A stretch of 63,977 nucleotides of DNA, counting the filler, from Reclinomonas americana ATCC 50394 (Eukaryota), in assembly GCA_048213135.1 (NCBI GenBank). It is 16 parts of 11 records of this genome, joined end to end, with 100 filler letters (N's around TTAATTAATTAA, not from the genome) between each part and the next. Parts side by side here need not be neighbours in the genome. Positions count along the whole stretch, not along the records: positions 9,013 to 16,778 come from PS015863.1; positions 16,879 to 18,112 come from PS015863.1; positions 18,213 to 20,073 come from PS015863.1; positions 20,174 to 22,111 come from PS015864.1; positions 22,212 to 24,045 come from PS015864.1; 11 more parts are not named here. One strand, 5' to 3'. This document shows positions 12,201 to 23,090 of this stretch, in pieces. Every line of letters begins with the position of its first letter. Positions within the stretch are counted from its first letter, which is position 1. The position numbers and the translations under genes are program-made. The notes beneath the pieces are model-generated. The model was not told where the DNA came from. It did not search any database and worked only from the letters and a program-made list of their open reading frames with translations.

Positions 12201-15200
12201 TGCCTCACAGTTGTCACACCACACAGCTTCGACGCATCGGCACCGTTGTGCTGGTGCTCGACGGATATGACGAGTGCAGTAAGGCACCCGGCAACTTGTT
12301 TGTCAACCACGAACTCGATGTTGCGTTGCCATGCCAAGTGGTGTGATATGCACACATGCAGTGGAGTGAATCGACTCACTCAATCGCGTAGAGTTGGCCC
12401 AATGTGCTGCTGGTGGTGTCGGTGCGACGCGAGTTCATCAGCCGCCTCGGCAGCTTCTGGGCTGAAGAGCACTTTGTGCCTGTGGACCCGAAGCTGTCGC
12501 GCGCCGAGCGGCTTCGTCAGTCGGAGCGTACGCTTGTACGATGTATGCTGCGTCTGTTCTCCAAGGACGACATTGATCTCTTCTTGCACAAGTTGAGTGC
12601 CACCGCTGCTCTGCCCTAGGCCTGCTTGTTCACTTGGATTACACATTCATTTTTTGTGTGAGCAGGTTTGTGGAGTCACGAGCGGATCACCCTCGCTCAT
12701 GGGAGCAGTACAAGCAGCAGATCGAGCGCACGCCGGGATTGGATGGACTGGCTTCGTCGGTGAGTCGTTGGTGATGGAAGGAAACAGAGTGCGCAATGAT
12801 ATCGACGCGAAGAGTGTTGTACGAGAGCGACAAGAAAAGTGACAGCGCAACAAAAGAATTTCACATGTGCATGCAGTGGCGGCGGTGGTGCTCACTTTCC
12901 TCCTTTTCCTCACTTTCCATAACAGCCCCTGATGTTGAATATGATTGTTCTGGTGATGGAAGATCTGGAACGGATGCAGCACCGCCATGACGGCGCTGGC
13001 GGTGGTACTGCACTCTCCACGAATCGCGTGACTCGTGCACGGTTGTATGAGGCGTTTGCCAAACACAAACTGCGCTGGGAGTTTGAGCATCACCGAGTGC
13101 ACATTCGTCAGGTGTGCCGTTGGCGGTTGTGGATCACAGTGTGGAATACATGCCTTCTCACACAAATCATTCTTGCACAGTTGTATGGCGACGAAGAATC
13201 GGAAGAGGATTTCTGTCTGCGAGTGTGGGATTTTTGCTCGGAGCTTGCTGGAGAGATGATGCAACACTCGTTGGTATCTGTGCGGCAGGGAAAGCTTGAG
13301 GTCTGTACGTTCAACATGAGAATTGTGCTACAATTCCCGTTCCATCTGCGTTTCTTAGCTCACTCTCCTTCATTCATCACAGCACACTCAACAAGCTGTC
13401 GCGGAGCAGCATGTGTGGAACAAGTGGTTTGATCGTGATGATCCGCTGCAGAACTCCCTCGCTCGTGCTGTTGCGTCGTCATAATGTTCCCTCTCTCATG
13501 GCGATGCATTCCCTGCGTTCACATTCGAGATGCAACACAGGCATTGTTGAAGTGGAGTCGACTTGGAGCATCGCAGCAGCGTGTGGAGTTCATGCACAAA
13601 TCGGTGCTGGAGTACTTTGCCGCTCAGTCGTGGCTGGCCGATGTGCGGTTGTTGGCCGATGAGGAGGTGGAGTTGGAGGTGAGGATTGTCGTGCTTCTCT
13701 GATCATTCATCCTGCATGATTGTCAACCTACCTCGGAGCAGGATCGGCTCGACAGACTATGCGCCAGCTTCACTGGCCAGCGGACACTGCTCACATCGGA
13801 TGAAGTGAGTGCATCCTTTCCATCATTCACTCTCGCGACATGCGCTCATCCCTTCTTCGCTGGCTGCAGGGACTTAATTCCATCCTGTCGTTCGTCGCCG
13901 AGCAAGTGCGGGCTGATCCCTCTCTCCATGACGTACTGTGGAAGGCGATTGCTCTTTCACGCACGGAGGAAAGAGTCGCTTCCCTTTCATCGAGTGCGGC
14001 AAGTACACTGTGTCTCGCGGAGGTGTCGTTCAGTGGGCGCGATATGTCGGGTGTACGACTACCCGGTGCGGATTTAAGAGATGCAGTGATGCACAGGACG
14101 GTGTGGAGGGGAGCGGATATGCGAGGGGTGAATGTGTGCTCGGCCTTTGCGAGAGAGGCGGATTTCACGGGGGCGGATATGACGGGTATGAAGTGGCCGA
14201 GAAAACCAATGGTTGGGCATACTGGAGGGGTGAGTGCGGTTGCCGTAACTTCTGATGGCCAGTATGCCGTGAGCGGTAGCGAGGACAGCACGATTCAAGT
14301 GTGGTCGGTGGCAACTGGCGAGGAGGTTCGCCGGCTGGAAGGCCACACAGATGCGGTGAATGCAGTGGCAGTTACACACGATGGCCAGCGTATTGTGAGT
14401 GGCAGTGATGACATGACTGTACGGGTGTGGTCTGTGGCAAGTGGTGAGGAAGTGTGCCGACTGAAAGGCCACACAGAGTCGGTGAATGCAGTGGCAGTGA
14501 CACCCGACGGCCAGCACGTTGTGAGTGGCAGTGAGGACAAGACTGTACGGGTGTGGTCGGTGGCAAGTGACGAGGAGGTGCGCCGACTGGAAGGCCACAC
14601 TGATTGTGTACGGGCTGTGGCAGTGACACCCGATGGCCAGCACATTGTGAGTGGCAGTGATGACAGGACTATACGGGTATGGTCACTTGCAAGTGGCGAG
14701 GAGGTGCGCCGACTGGAAGGCCACCCTCGTGAAGTCAATGCAGTGGCAGTGACACCCGATGGCCAGCACATTGTAAGTGGCAGTGATGACAAGACTGTAC
14801 GGGTATGGTCACTTGCAAGTGGCGAGGAGGTGCGCCGACTGGAAGGCCACCCTAGTGAAGTCAATGCAGTGGCAGTGACACCCGATGGCCACTTCGTTGT
14901 GAGTGGCAATTATGACAAGACTGTACGAATGTGGTCGGTGGCAAGTGGTGAGGAGGTACGCCGACTGGAAGGCCACACGGATGCAGTGTTTGCAGTGGCA
15001 GTGACACCCGACGGTCAGCACGTTGTGAGTGGTTGTGATGATATGACTGTACGAGTGTGGTCGGTGGCAAGTGGCGAAGAAGTGCGCCGACTGAAAGGCC
15101 ACACGATGTCGGTGTCTGCAGTGGCAGTGACACCTGACGGTCACCACACTGTGAGTGGCAGTGAGGACAAGACTGTACGGGTAAGGTCGGTGACAAGCGG

Positions 15201-16125
15201 CGAGGATGTGCGCCGACTGGAAGGCCACACGGGTGAGGTGAACGCAGTGGCAGTGACACCCGATGGCCAGCTCGTTGTGAGTGGCAGTTGGGACGGAACT
15301 GTGCGAGTATGGTCGCTGGCAAGCGGTGATGAGGTGCGCCGACTGGAAGGCCACACGAGTGGGCCGATTGCAGTGGCAGTGACACCCGATGGCCAGCACA
15401 TTGTAAGTGGCAGTTGGGACAAGACTGTACGGGTGTGGTCGGTGGCAAGTGGCGAGGAGGTGCGCCGACTGGAAGGCCATGCGGGTTATGTGCGGGCTGT
15501 GGCAGTGACACCCGATGGCCAGCACGTTGTGAGTGGCAGTGATGACATGACTGTACGGGTGTGGTCAAGGGCAAGTGGCGAGCAGGTGCGCCGACTGGAA
15601 GGTCACTCGGAGTGGGTGATGGCAGTGGCAGTGACCGCCGATGGTCAGCACATTGTGAGTGGCAGTGCAGATAAGACTGCACGGGTGTGGTCGGTTGCCA
15701 GTGGCGAGGAGGTGCGCCGACTGGAAGGCCACACGCGCGCGGTGCTGGCAGTGACAGTGACACCCGATGGTCAGCACATTGTGAGTGGCAGTGCAGATAA
15801 GACTGCACGGGTGTGGTCGGTTGCCAGTGGCGAGGAGGTGCGCCGACTCGAAGGCCACACGGGATGGGTTTCTGCAGTGGCAGTGACACCCGATGGGCAG
15901 CACATTGTGAGTGGCAGTCGAGACAAGACTGTACGAGTGTGGTCGATGTCGAGTGACGAAGGTGTGCGAGGGCTGGAAGGCCACACGGATGGGATGTGTA
16001 CAGAGGTAGATGGACAGCGTGTTCTTCCAAGATGGAAGGACACACCACTTGCACACCGCAACGGAGAGCTACTCCTGCGCATTCTCGGCTCCTTCCTGCC
16101 TGATTTCACCGGCGTGATTTTGTAA
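9214..16125 (+). CDS. STAND/NACHT NTPase - pentapeptide repeats - 14x WD40 (NWD/NLR-like receptor); start codon unresolved
   Basis: Spliced exons give Walker A VLVVAGWSGGGKS (exon from 11282), Walker B TVVLVLDGYDEC (~12227-12319), LASSPLMLNMIVLV, the winged-helix motif EFMHKSVLEYFAA (~13585-13625), pentapeptide repeats FSGRDMSGVRLPGADLRDA...ADFTGADMTGM and 14 WD40 repeats, ending at TAA 16125. Confidence 0.9.
10495..10552 (+). pseudogene. Frameshifted, misplaced duplicate of the Walker B exon of the NACHT gene
   Basis: CTTCGACGCATCGGCACCGTTGTGCTGGTGCTCGACGGAGTATGACGAGTGCAGTAA matches 12227-12282 except for a 1-nt insertion (GGAGTATG vs GGATATG). It lies upstream of the Walker A exon. Confidence 0.7.
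14209..15972 (+). repeat. Coding tandem array of 14 x 126-nt WD40 units with high nucleotide identity
   Basis: 42-aa unit LEGHxxxVxAVAVTPDGQHxVSGSxDxTVRVWSVASGEEVRR repeated 14 times without introns or indels. Confidence 0.97.
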
Positions 16126-16878
16126 CAAGACAAACGGGAGCTCGTCTGGCAACCCTTAAATGTCCGCCGACTTACGGATTATGCAGGCACGCGTGGACCC
16201 TTATCCTGTCGTGCATGCAATATGCGCCAAGCCGAACTATGTGCTCGGCGTTAACAATGTGCAAAATGACCTCAGCGATCGGACGAATCACAGTACAGGT
16301 TGTTTGTCGTCGCCGCTGGCTGCGTCTATTTCTGATGCAGATGATCTTTGGTCCAGCTGCACCCCGGTCAAGGGTTTCGTGTCGTATTCTTCATGGCGAA
16401 GAGATGCCCTCAGTTACCTGAGATATTCGTCGAGAGTACACTCGTCGAGTTCCTGAAGTACATGTACTCCGTTGTTGGCTGGTGAGAGATGTATCTTCGA
16501 TGCAAGAGATGTCGCTGTATTCTAACGAGTTCACCTGCGCAGCGGATAGCGAAGATCACATACCGCAGCATCTCCATGCAGCACCTGTCCATCACTTGGC
16601 GCAGCTGGTTGCTCTCCATGCCCATCTTCTTCGGCGACGTTCGGTGTGCACATGGGAAAAGGGAAGGGAGGGGGGAAAGGAAGGGATAAGTGGAGAAGGA
16701 GGAGACGGGAGGGGAGGAAAAGGGAATGGAGACGTGAGGAGAAGAGAAGCGAGGGGAAGGGAAGGGAGGAGAGGAGAANNNNNNNNNNNNNNNNNNNNNN
16801 NNNNNNNNNNNNNNNNNNNNNNTTAATTAATTAANNNNNNNNNNNNNNNNNNNNNNNNNNNNNNNNNNNNNNNNNNNN

Positions 16879-18975
16879 CCGCGTCGGTTTGTCCGGACAA
16901 GTAGTGGTGCTGACTGTGCCAGTGGCCTCGTTCCCCTTTGCCACGCCGTCATTTACACTGTTCAAGAACGCCGACTGCCGCGGAAATGTGGCCACCATTA
17001 TCAGCGGCTACAACATCGCGTCTGATGGCACGACCTATACCATCACATGGACATTCGACACGACTGGAGAGCCAACACCAACGAAGCAGCAGTTGTGCAC
17101 GTGCCTGTCATCCACTGACCTGGCAGGCTACTTCAGCATGGCGTCTGTATCCATTTGTTGCGTGAATGCGGAAGATTTTTTGCTGTCAAGTTTACTTCTT
17201 TTTCTTCTAACGAGGCGACCGTGCAGATCGTGTCAAGAGCACATCGGCGCCGTCCATATCCCAGGGCATCAAGTCGCAAACTGTTGTTTTGTCGGGTGGT
17301 GACTTCCCGTTGCTGGCTACAAGTGCCGCCAATGGCAGTAATCCAGTCATACCTGGCGGCACACCACTGGCATTCTTCCTGTCACTCGCCACTGACTGTT
17401 CGTCGATGGACTTGCGGGCGGCTGCCTTTGTGTGGTCACTGCTGTGTCGCCGACGCGTATTACGGCTACGGTTTCCACCATTTCTGCGGTCTCTCTCGCC
17501 TCATGTACGCTGGATCCGCCTGGCACGTATCAGATTTGTGGTCGGTGTGTTACGGAGGGAAAGAGGGAAGGGAGGGGAGGGAGAAAGAGAGAGGGAGGAG
17601 GGGGAGGGTGGGAAGGGGAAAGGGTGGAACGACGGTGAAGAAAGAGAGACAGGGGAGAGAGAGCAGTACCGTTGAGAGAGATACGCGTGAGGGGAAATGG
17701 TGATAGAGAAAGGGCGTGAGAGTGGATGGTGTGGGGCAGAAAGAACAAAGCAGTGGGTACCGGGAGGAGAGATGAAGGAAAGCGGGAGAGGCAGGTGCGC
17801 CACGAAGTATATTGTCTGTATGTGCGAGAGACATGGTAGGATGTGACCGAGAGGGTAGCTGCGAGAGGCAAGAGGGCTGAGGAGCAATAGGGAAAATGAG
17901 AGTGAGAGGCTGCAGATGAGCCACGTATTTGTGAGAGATATGTGAGGATGTGAACAAGAGGGCGGTTGCGAGAGGCAAGAGGGCTGAGGAGCAGTAGGAA
18001 AATAATTTACGGGCTGCTGGTGAGCCACGTATGTGCGAGAGAAATGGTAGGATGTGAATGAGATCTAGAGGGTAGCTGCGAGAGGCAAGAGGACAAAAAA
18101 GCAACAGGAGAANNNNNNNNNNNNNNNNNNNNNNNNNNNNNNNNNNNNNNNNNNNNTTAATTAATTAANNNNNNNNNNNNNNNNNNNNNNNNNNNNNNNN
18201 NNNNNNNNNNNNGAATGTGAATGAGAGGGAAGCTGCGAGAGGCAAGAGGGCTGAGGAACAGTAGGCAACTGACAGTGAGAGATTGCGTGCGCGAATGAAT
18301 GGGACTTTTTGTCATTCTCTTTCATGTTCAACGAGAAAAGTGGAAGGATGGAGAGCATGCAATCTAATGGCGCTTCACCACCATCGACTATTCCACTGAC
18401 AAAATATCTGCGCACAGCTTCCAAGACGGCTCATATGTGCCTCTCGGTGTGCAATTGACCATCACCCCCGTCACCGACCCCGATGTTGGCTTCATTTCTC
18501 CAAAGTCGTTGCCTCTCGGTGTGCCAACTACGTTGATGTTGCATTCGCCATCACGCACGCTGTCGAATTGTACTCGTTTCAAGGTGGTCGACGCTGGGTC
18601 CGACTGCAATGGTCCGGCTTCGGGTGAGTGCTGAAAATGAGAAGATTTTGCGCGGGCGGTGGGTGGAGGAGATCTGTACTCACGGTTCACCCTCTTTGTA
18701 TATCTCTCTCTCTCGTCAGCGGCCCTTGCGCTTACGGCCTTCCAAGACGGCGTGTTTGATGCGTCATCATGCTTCTATGGATCTGTTGCTGGCGGCTGTG
18801 GACAGTTCAAGGTGCAGCTCACGAGCTCCAAGGCGGTGTATGCCACATTCTGTGTGGCAACCACTCCAGGGGCGACGTACAAGGCGGTGTCGAACAGCGA
18901 CATTCGTGTTACCTCGGGTATGCTGGTGCAGACGTCGTCGGTGGTGGCCAACCAGGCGGGGACAATCGTTGCGTG
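16879..18975 (+). CDS. Exons of an extracellular Cys/Thr/Ser-rich beta-sandwich repeat protein (partial; apparent frameshift near 17430)
   Basis: Coding-like blocks 16879-17146, 17227-17540, 18418-18623 and 18720-18975 with a recurring pattern (FTLFKNADCRG, FFLSLATDCSS, FKVVDAGSDCNG) and plausible splice sites. Confidence 0.5.
17785..18260 (+). repeat. Degenerate ~110-120 nt intronic tandem repeat (core GCTGCGAGAGGCAAGAGGGCTGAGGA)
   Basis: Core recurs at ~17858, 17966, 18075 and 18232. Confidence 0.75.
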
Positions 18976-20199
18976 GTGAAGAGGGAGGGTTAAAAGGGGA
19001 AGAGGGAAGGCGGGAGAAGAGGGAAGGGGGGTGAAGAGGGAAGGCGGGTGAAGAGGGAAGGAAGGTGCAGAGGGAAGGGGGGTAAAGAGGGAAGGCTGGT
19101 GAAGAGGGAAGGAAGGTGCAGAGGGAAGAAGGTGAAGAGGGAAGGAAGGTGCAGAGGGAAGGGAGAAAAGAGGGAAGGGGGGAAAGAGGGACGGGAGGTG
19201 AAGAGGGAAGGGGGGTAAAGAGGGAAGGGGGTAAAGAGGGAAAGGGGTAAAGATGGTGGGGGAAAAGAGGGAAGGGGAGGAGGGAGTGAAGACAAGGAGT
19301 AGGGAAGATAATGGGCGATGTGGAAGGATGTGAGACGAGGAGAAGAGAGGTTAGTTGGGAAGGGGAGGAGGGAAGTGAGTCGAGGAGAAGGGGGTTTTGA
19401 AGGCATTTTGCATGGAAGAGACAGAGGGTGGAAGTGTGTTGATGAGAAAGCAAGGGAGAGAGAAACAGACTGAAGAATGTCTGTTGAATTTGTGTGCCTT
19501 GCAAGGGAGGAAAGGCAGAAGGGAGAAAGGGAACAGATTAGCTTTGGAAGTGTGTGGATGGGAACGCGTTGGGGAGTGTAACAAAGAGAAGTGTGTCCGT
19601 GGAGTGTTTGTTGCGCAAGAGAGGACCGTCAGGGGATGAATAGGTTGTGGTAGTATGTGAATGGGGATGCAAACGTTTGAGAGAAAGAGAGTGCCAAGAA
19701 TGGAAAGGAGAAGGAGGAATGGAACGGATTGGTTGTGGCAGTGAGTGCGTGGATGGAGATGTGAAGGAGAGAGAGACAGAGAGAAGTGTGTCGGTGGAGA
19801 TTGGATGGCAAGAGAGAATTGTTAAAGGTGGGGGATGTGACGGATTGGTTGTGGTAGATTGTGCGTGCATGGATGCAAGGAAGAGAAAACCAAAGTGAAG
19901 TGAGGTCGAGGAGATTGCGTGTGTCATGCGAAGAAATGCAGAGGGGGGAGGGAAAGGATTCGTCGTGCTAGATACCGTGTGGATGGATGCAAGGGAGAGC
20001 AGAAGAATGTCTGTGGAAATATATGCGTGTGACAGAGAGAATCGACAGAGGAGGGATGGAACGGATTGGTTGCNNNNNNNNNNNNNNNNNNNNNNNNNNN
20101 NNNNNNNNNNNNNNNNNTTAATTAATTAANNNNNNNNNNNNNNNNNNNNNNNNNNNNNNNNNNNNNNNNNNNNGTGTGTGTGGCAAGGGAGGTTCATCA

Positions 20200-20400
20200 G
20201 ACGTGGGAAGGGAAATGATACCTTGTGGCAGTGTGGATGAGAATGCATTGTAGAGATAGTAACAGTAAGAAGTGTGCCGTGGAGGCAGTGCGTGCACGTG
20301 TGGTAAGAGAGGATCGTCAGAGGTGGGAAGGGAATTGATACTTTGTGGCAGTGTGGATGAGAATGCATTGGCGAGATAGTAACAGTAAGAAGTGCACTGT
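20200..20400 (+). repeat. 120-nt tandem duplication
   Basis: TTGTGGCAGTGTGGATGAGAATGCATTG..GAGATAGTAACAGTAAGAAGTG at 20223 and 20343. Confidence 0.85.
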
Positions 20401-21039
20401 GGAGACTGTGTGTGGCAAGTCAGAGGGGGAAAGGGAAAGCATACGTTGTGGTAGTGTGTGGATTGAATGCTATTGAGAGAGTTACAAAGCGAGTTGTCAA
20501 TGGAGGTTGATTCTGTATGCGAGAGAAAGGTTGGAGGGAGAAGAGAGGAAGGACAGTTTGTCAATACTTGTGGTATTGTGTGACGACGGTAAGAAGGAGA
20601 GAGTGAGATAAGAGGAGCGCATCAGTGGGGATTGGTCTTGTCCTACGAGAGTGAGAGACCGACTGCGGGGAGGAAAGGATTAGTTGTTCTCGTGTGTGAT
20701 GTGAATGCAGCGCATGAGGGGACGGGTTGTGGGTGACAGGAGTGGAAGACTTGAGGAGGGGAATGGCTGAGACTTTTGGGAGTGTGTGCTTGGGGATTCA
20801 ACAGATGAGTGACATAGAGGATTGAAGGTCAACTGTGCGTGTCAGGAGAGGAGGTTGGGGACAGAAGGGAAATGTTGAGGTGCTGTTGATGAGAGAAACA
20901 ACAACAAGAGAGTGAGTCAGAGAGTTTATGTGTGAACCAGAGAGGAGTGGTACGGAGGAGCGGGTTGGATAGCATGACATTCTCAATCGCATGGTGTCCG
21001 CGCCGTACTTGCTGACGTTTGCTTCTTGATTGTGCGACA

Positions 21040-22090
21040 GATGAGCACTGGCACTGGCACTCGCTCCGTGGAGATCACACACCGCTTTGTGCAATCGTTC
21101 CCGGCGATTCCCACTGTGCTGTTTGGCATCTCCGCTCTCTCCAATACGATTGAGGGCGACACTGACATTCGCTGCGCGCGACCGTCGGTCACCAAGTTCA
21201 TGCTGACGGTGCAGTGCTCGGCACTCGGCACTGCGCAGTTCGACTCGCTCGTCACAAGTTTCGTGAGATCGACTTTGTTTTCGTGCACACTTGCATGAAA
21301 CTCACGACCTGCGTGGCAGATTTCATTGCCATGTACGCGGACCCTGCCGCGACGTACACACACGACAACGAGTTGCCGCGTCAGAAAGCTGCCAATGAGT
21401 GGCTGAGCCTGGCCACCGACAAGAATTTCACCACGGTTTGTTGATGCAAGCAGACCTGTACATGGTCCCTGAACTCATTCATCGCAACCACGCGGCTGTG
21501 TGAGCAGGAAGTGGTGAATGCCCATGCGTTCGGGTTTGATGAGATTCCGTCGATTGCGCTGGCGCTGACGGGTGTGCGGTCCATTCGACTCGATCCGAGT
21601 GGCACGGCACGCAGCGACAACCTTGAGGTGGCCGTCGGTGAGGCGGCCGCTGCCACCTCGCAGGTGCTGATGACGGTGCGCGGCGATAGTCGCGTGCAGG
21701 CGTTGGAGCTGCGTTCCATGCTGGTGGGATCGCGGCTGGTGCCGCGTGACAATTCCAGTGGCTACGTGATGGTGTCGGGCGGTGAGTTTGACTGCGAAGA
21801 TTTGCCGGCAGTTGTGCACGATTACTGACCTGGATCACCTTCATGTTGCAGAGAGCACGCTGGTGAGCAACACGCCGGTGGTGGTCACCCTCGTTAGCCG
21901 TCAGTCAACCCGCGGGTTGAAACAGACTGATTTCCACACCGTCGCATTCTTGCGCGGATGGAAGACGACCGGCACTGGTGGTGCATCGCAGGTCAATCCG
22001 TCGATTTTGCCGACAGATGTTGTTCCGTCACAAGGCAGCGCGTCGAGTGGAGCGTACGGGCAGCTGACGGTGACGGCGAGTAGTGGGGCG
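21040..22090 (+). CDS. Exons encoding two tandem H-type lectin-like domains (partial gene, possibly continuous with 16879-18975)
   Basis: RSVEITHRFVQSFPAIPTVLFGISAL...FDSLVTNFIAM and HAFGFDEIPSIALALTGV...VQALELRSML fit the H-lectin pattern FxxxPxVxxxlxxl...xxIAx. Exons are joined by GT-AG introns. Confidence 0.6.
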
Positions 22091-22654
22091 AGAAAGGAGA
22101 AGGGAGGGTAANNNNNNNNNNNNNNNNNNNNNNNNNNNNNNNNNNNNNNNNNNNNTTAATTAATTAANNNNNNNNNNNNNNNNNNNNNNNNNNNNNNNNN
22201 NNNNNNNNNNNGGAGGAAGGGGAAGTACACAGGAAAGGAATGAAAACAGAGAACTTATGGGGGCAAGTGGGTGTGGAGGGAAGGGAGGGAGGGTAAGAGA
22301 GAGAGGGAGGAGAGGAGTGGGGGAGGTGTAGAAAAGAGGTATGTATGTGACGTGGGTGGCGATCGGCATCCCGGCGTGAGAGAGGAGAAGAGTGTGGTTT
22401 GTGGAAGGGAAGTTGGTGAGTACACAGGAAAGGAATGAAAACAGAGAGTGGAGGGGGGAGTCAAGGGTGCACGAGAGCGAGTGCTGAGAAGGGAAGCTGG
22501 GGATAAGTTGGGGAGTAAACGGGAAAGGGAGTGAGAGCAGAGGCGTGGATGAGGTAAGTCGACGCGGATGAGGGAATCAAAGGCGAATAGACGGACGAGA
22601 ATAAAGTCAGATGACTGCACGGAAAGCTAATCTGAGTTGAAGATGAGATGACTG

Positions 22655-23090
22655 AATGAGTGAGCGAGTGAAGGAGACGAACTGAAAGGACGAGCCGAGG
22701 TGTGCAAGATGCACAATTGGAGAATGAGATGGGCGAGTGAGTGAGTGACTGGCGAGGATGGTGAGTGAAGGAGACGAACTGAAAGGAAGAGCCGGAGTGG
22801 GCGAGATGCACGATCGCAGACTGAGGTGGGTGAGGGAGTGAGTGACTGGCGAGGATGGTGAGCGAGTGAAGGAGACGAACTGAAAAGAAGAGCCGAGGTG
22901 TGTAAGATGCACGATTGGANNNNNNNNNNNNNNNNNNNNGAATGAGATGGGCGAGTGAGTGAGTGACTGGCGAGGATGGTGAGTGAGTGAAGGAGAAGAA
23001 CTGATAAAACGAGCCGAAGTGGGCGAGATGCGCGATCGGAGAATGAGATGCATATGGGCGAGTGAGTGAGTGAATGGCGAGGATGGTGGA
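22655..23090 (+). repeat. Degenerate tandem repeat ~95-120 nt (GAGTGAGTGACTGGCGAGGATGGTGAG..GAAGGAGACGAACTGAAA)
   Basis: About four copies read directly. Confidence 0.8.

Noticed and set aside
14209..15972. CRISPR-like or diversity-generating-retroelement interpretation of the regular 126-nt repeats
   Set aside because: The units are in-frame WD40 coding repeats with no repeat-spacer structure, no cas or reverse transcriptase gene, and variation not restricted to adenines.
14074..16133. Long antisense ORFs over the WD40 array
   Set aside because: Shadow frames of a repetitive coding sequence.
16160..16645. Possible extra C-terminal domain or small gene after the WD40 stop
   Set aside because: Exon-like fragments exist, but I could not build a consistent frame or recognise a domain.
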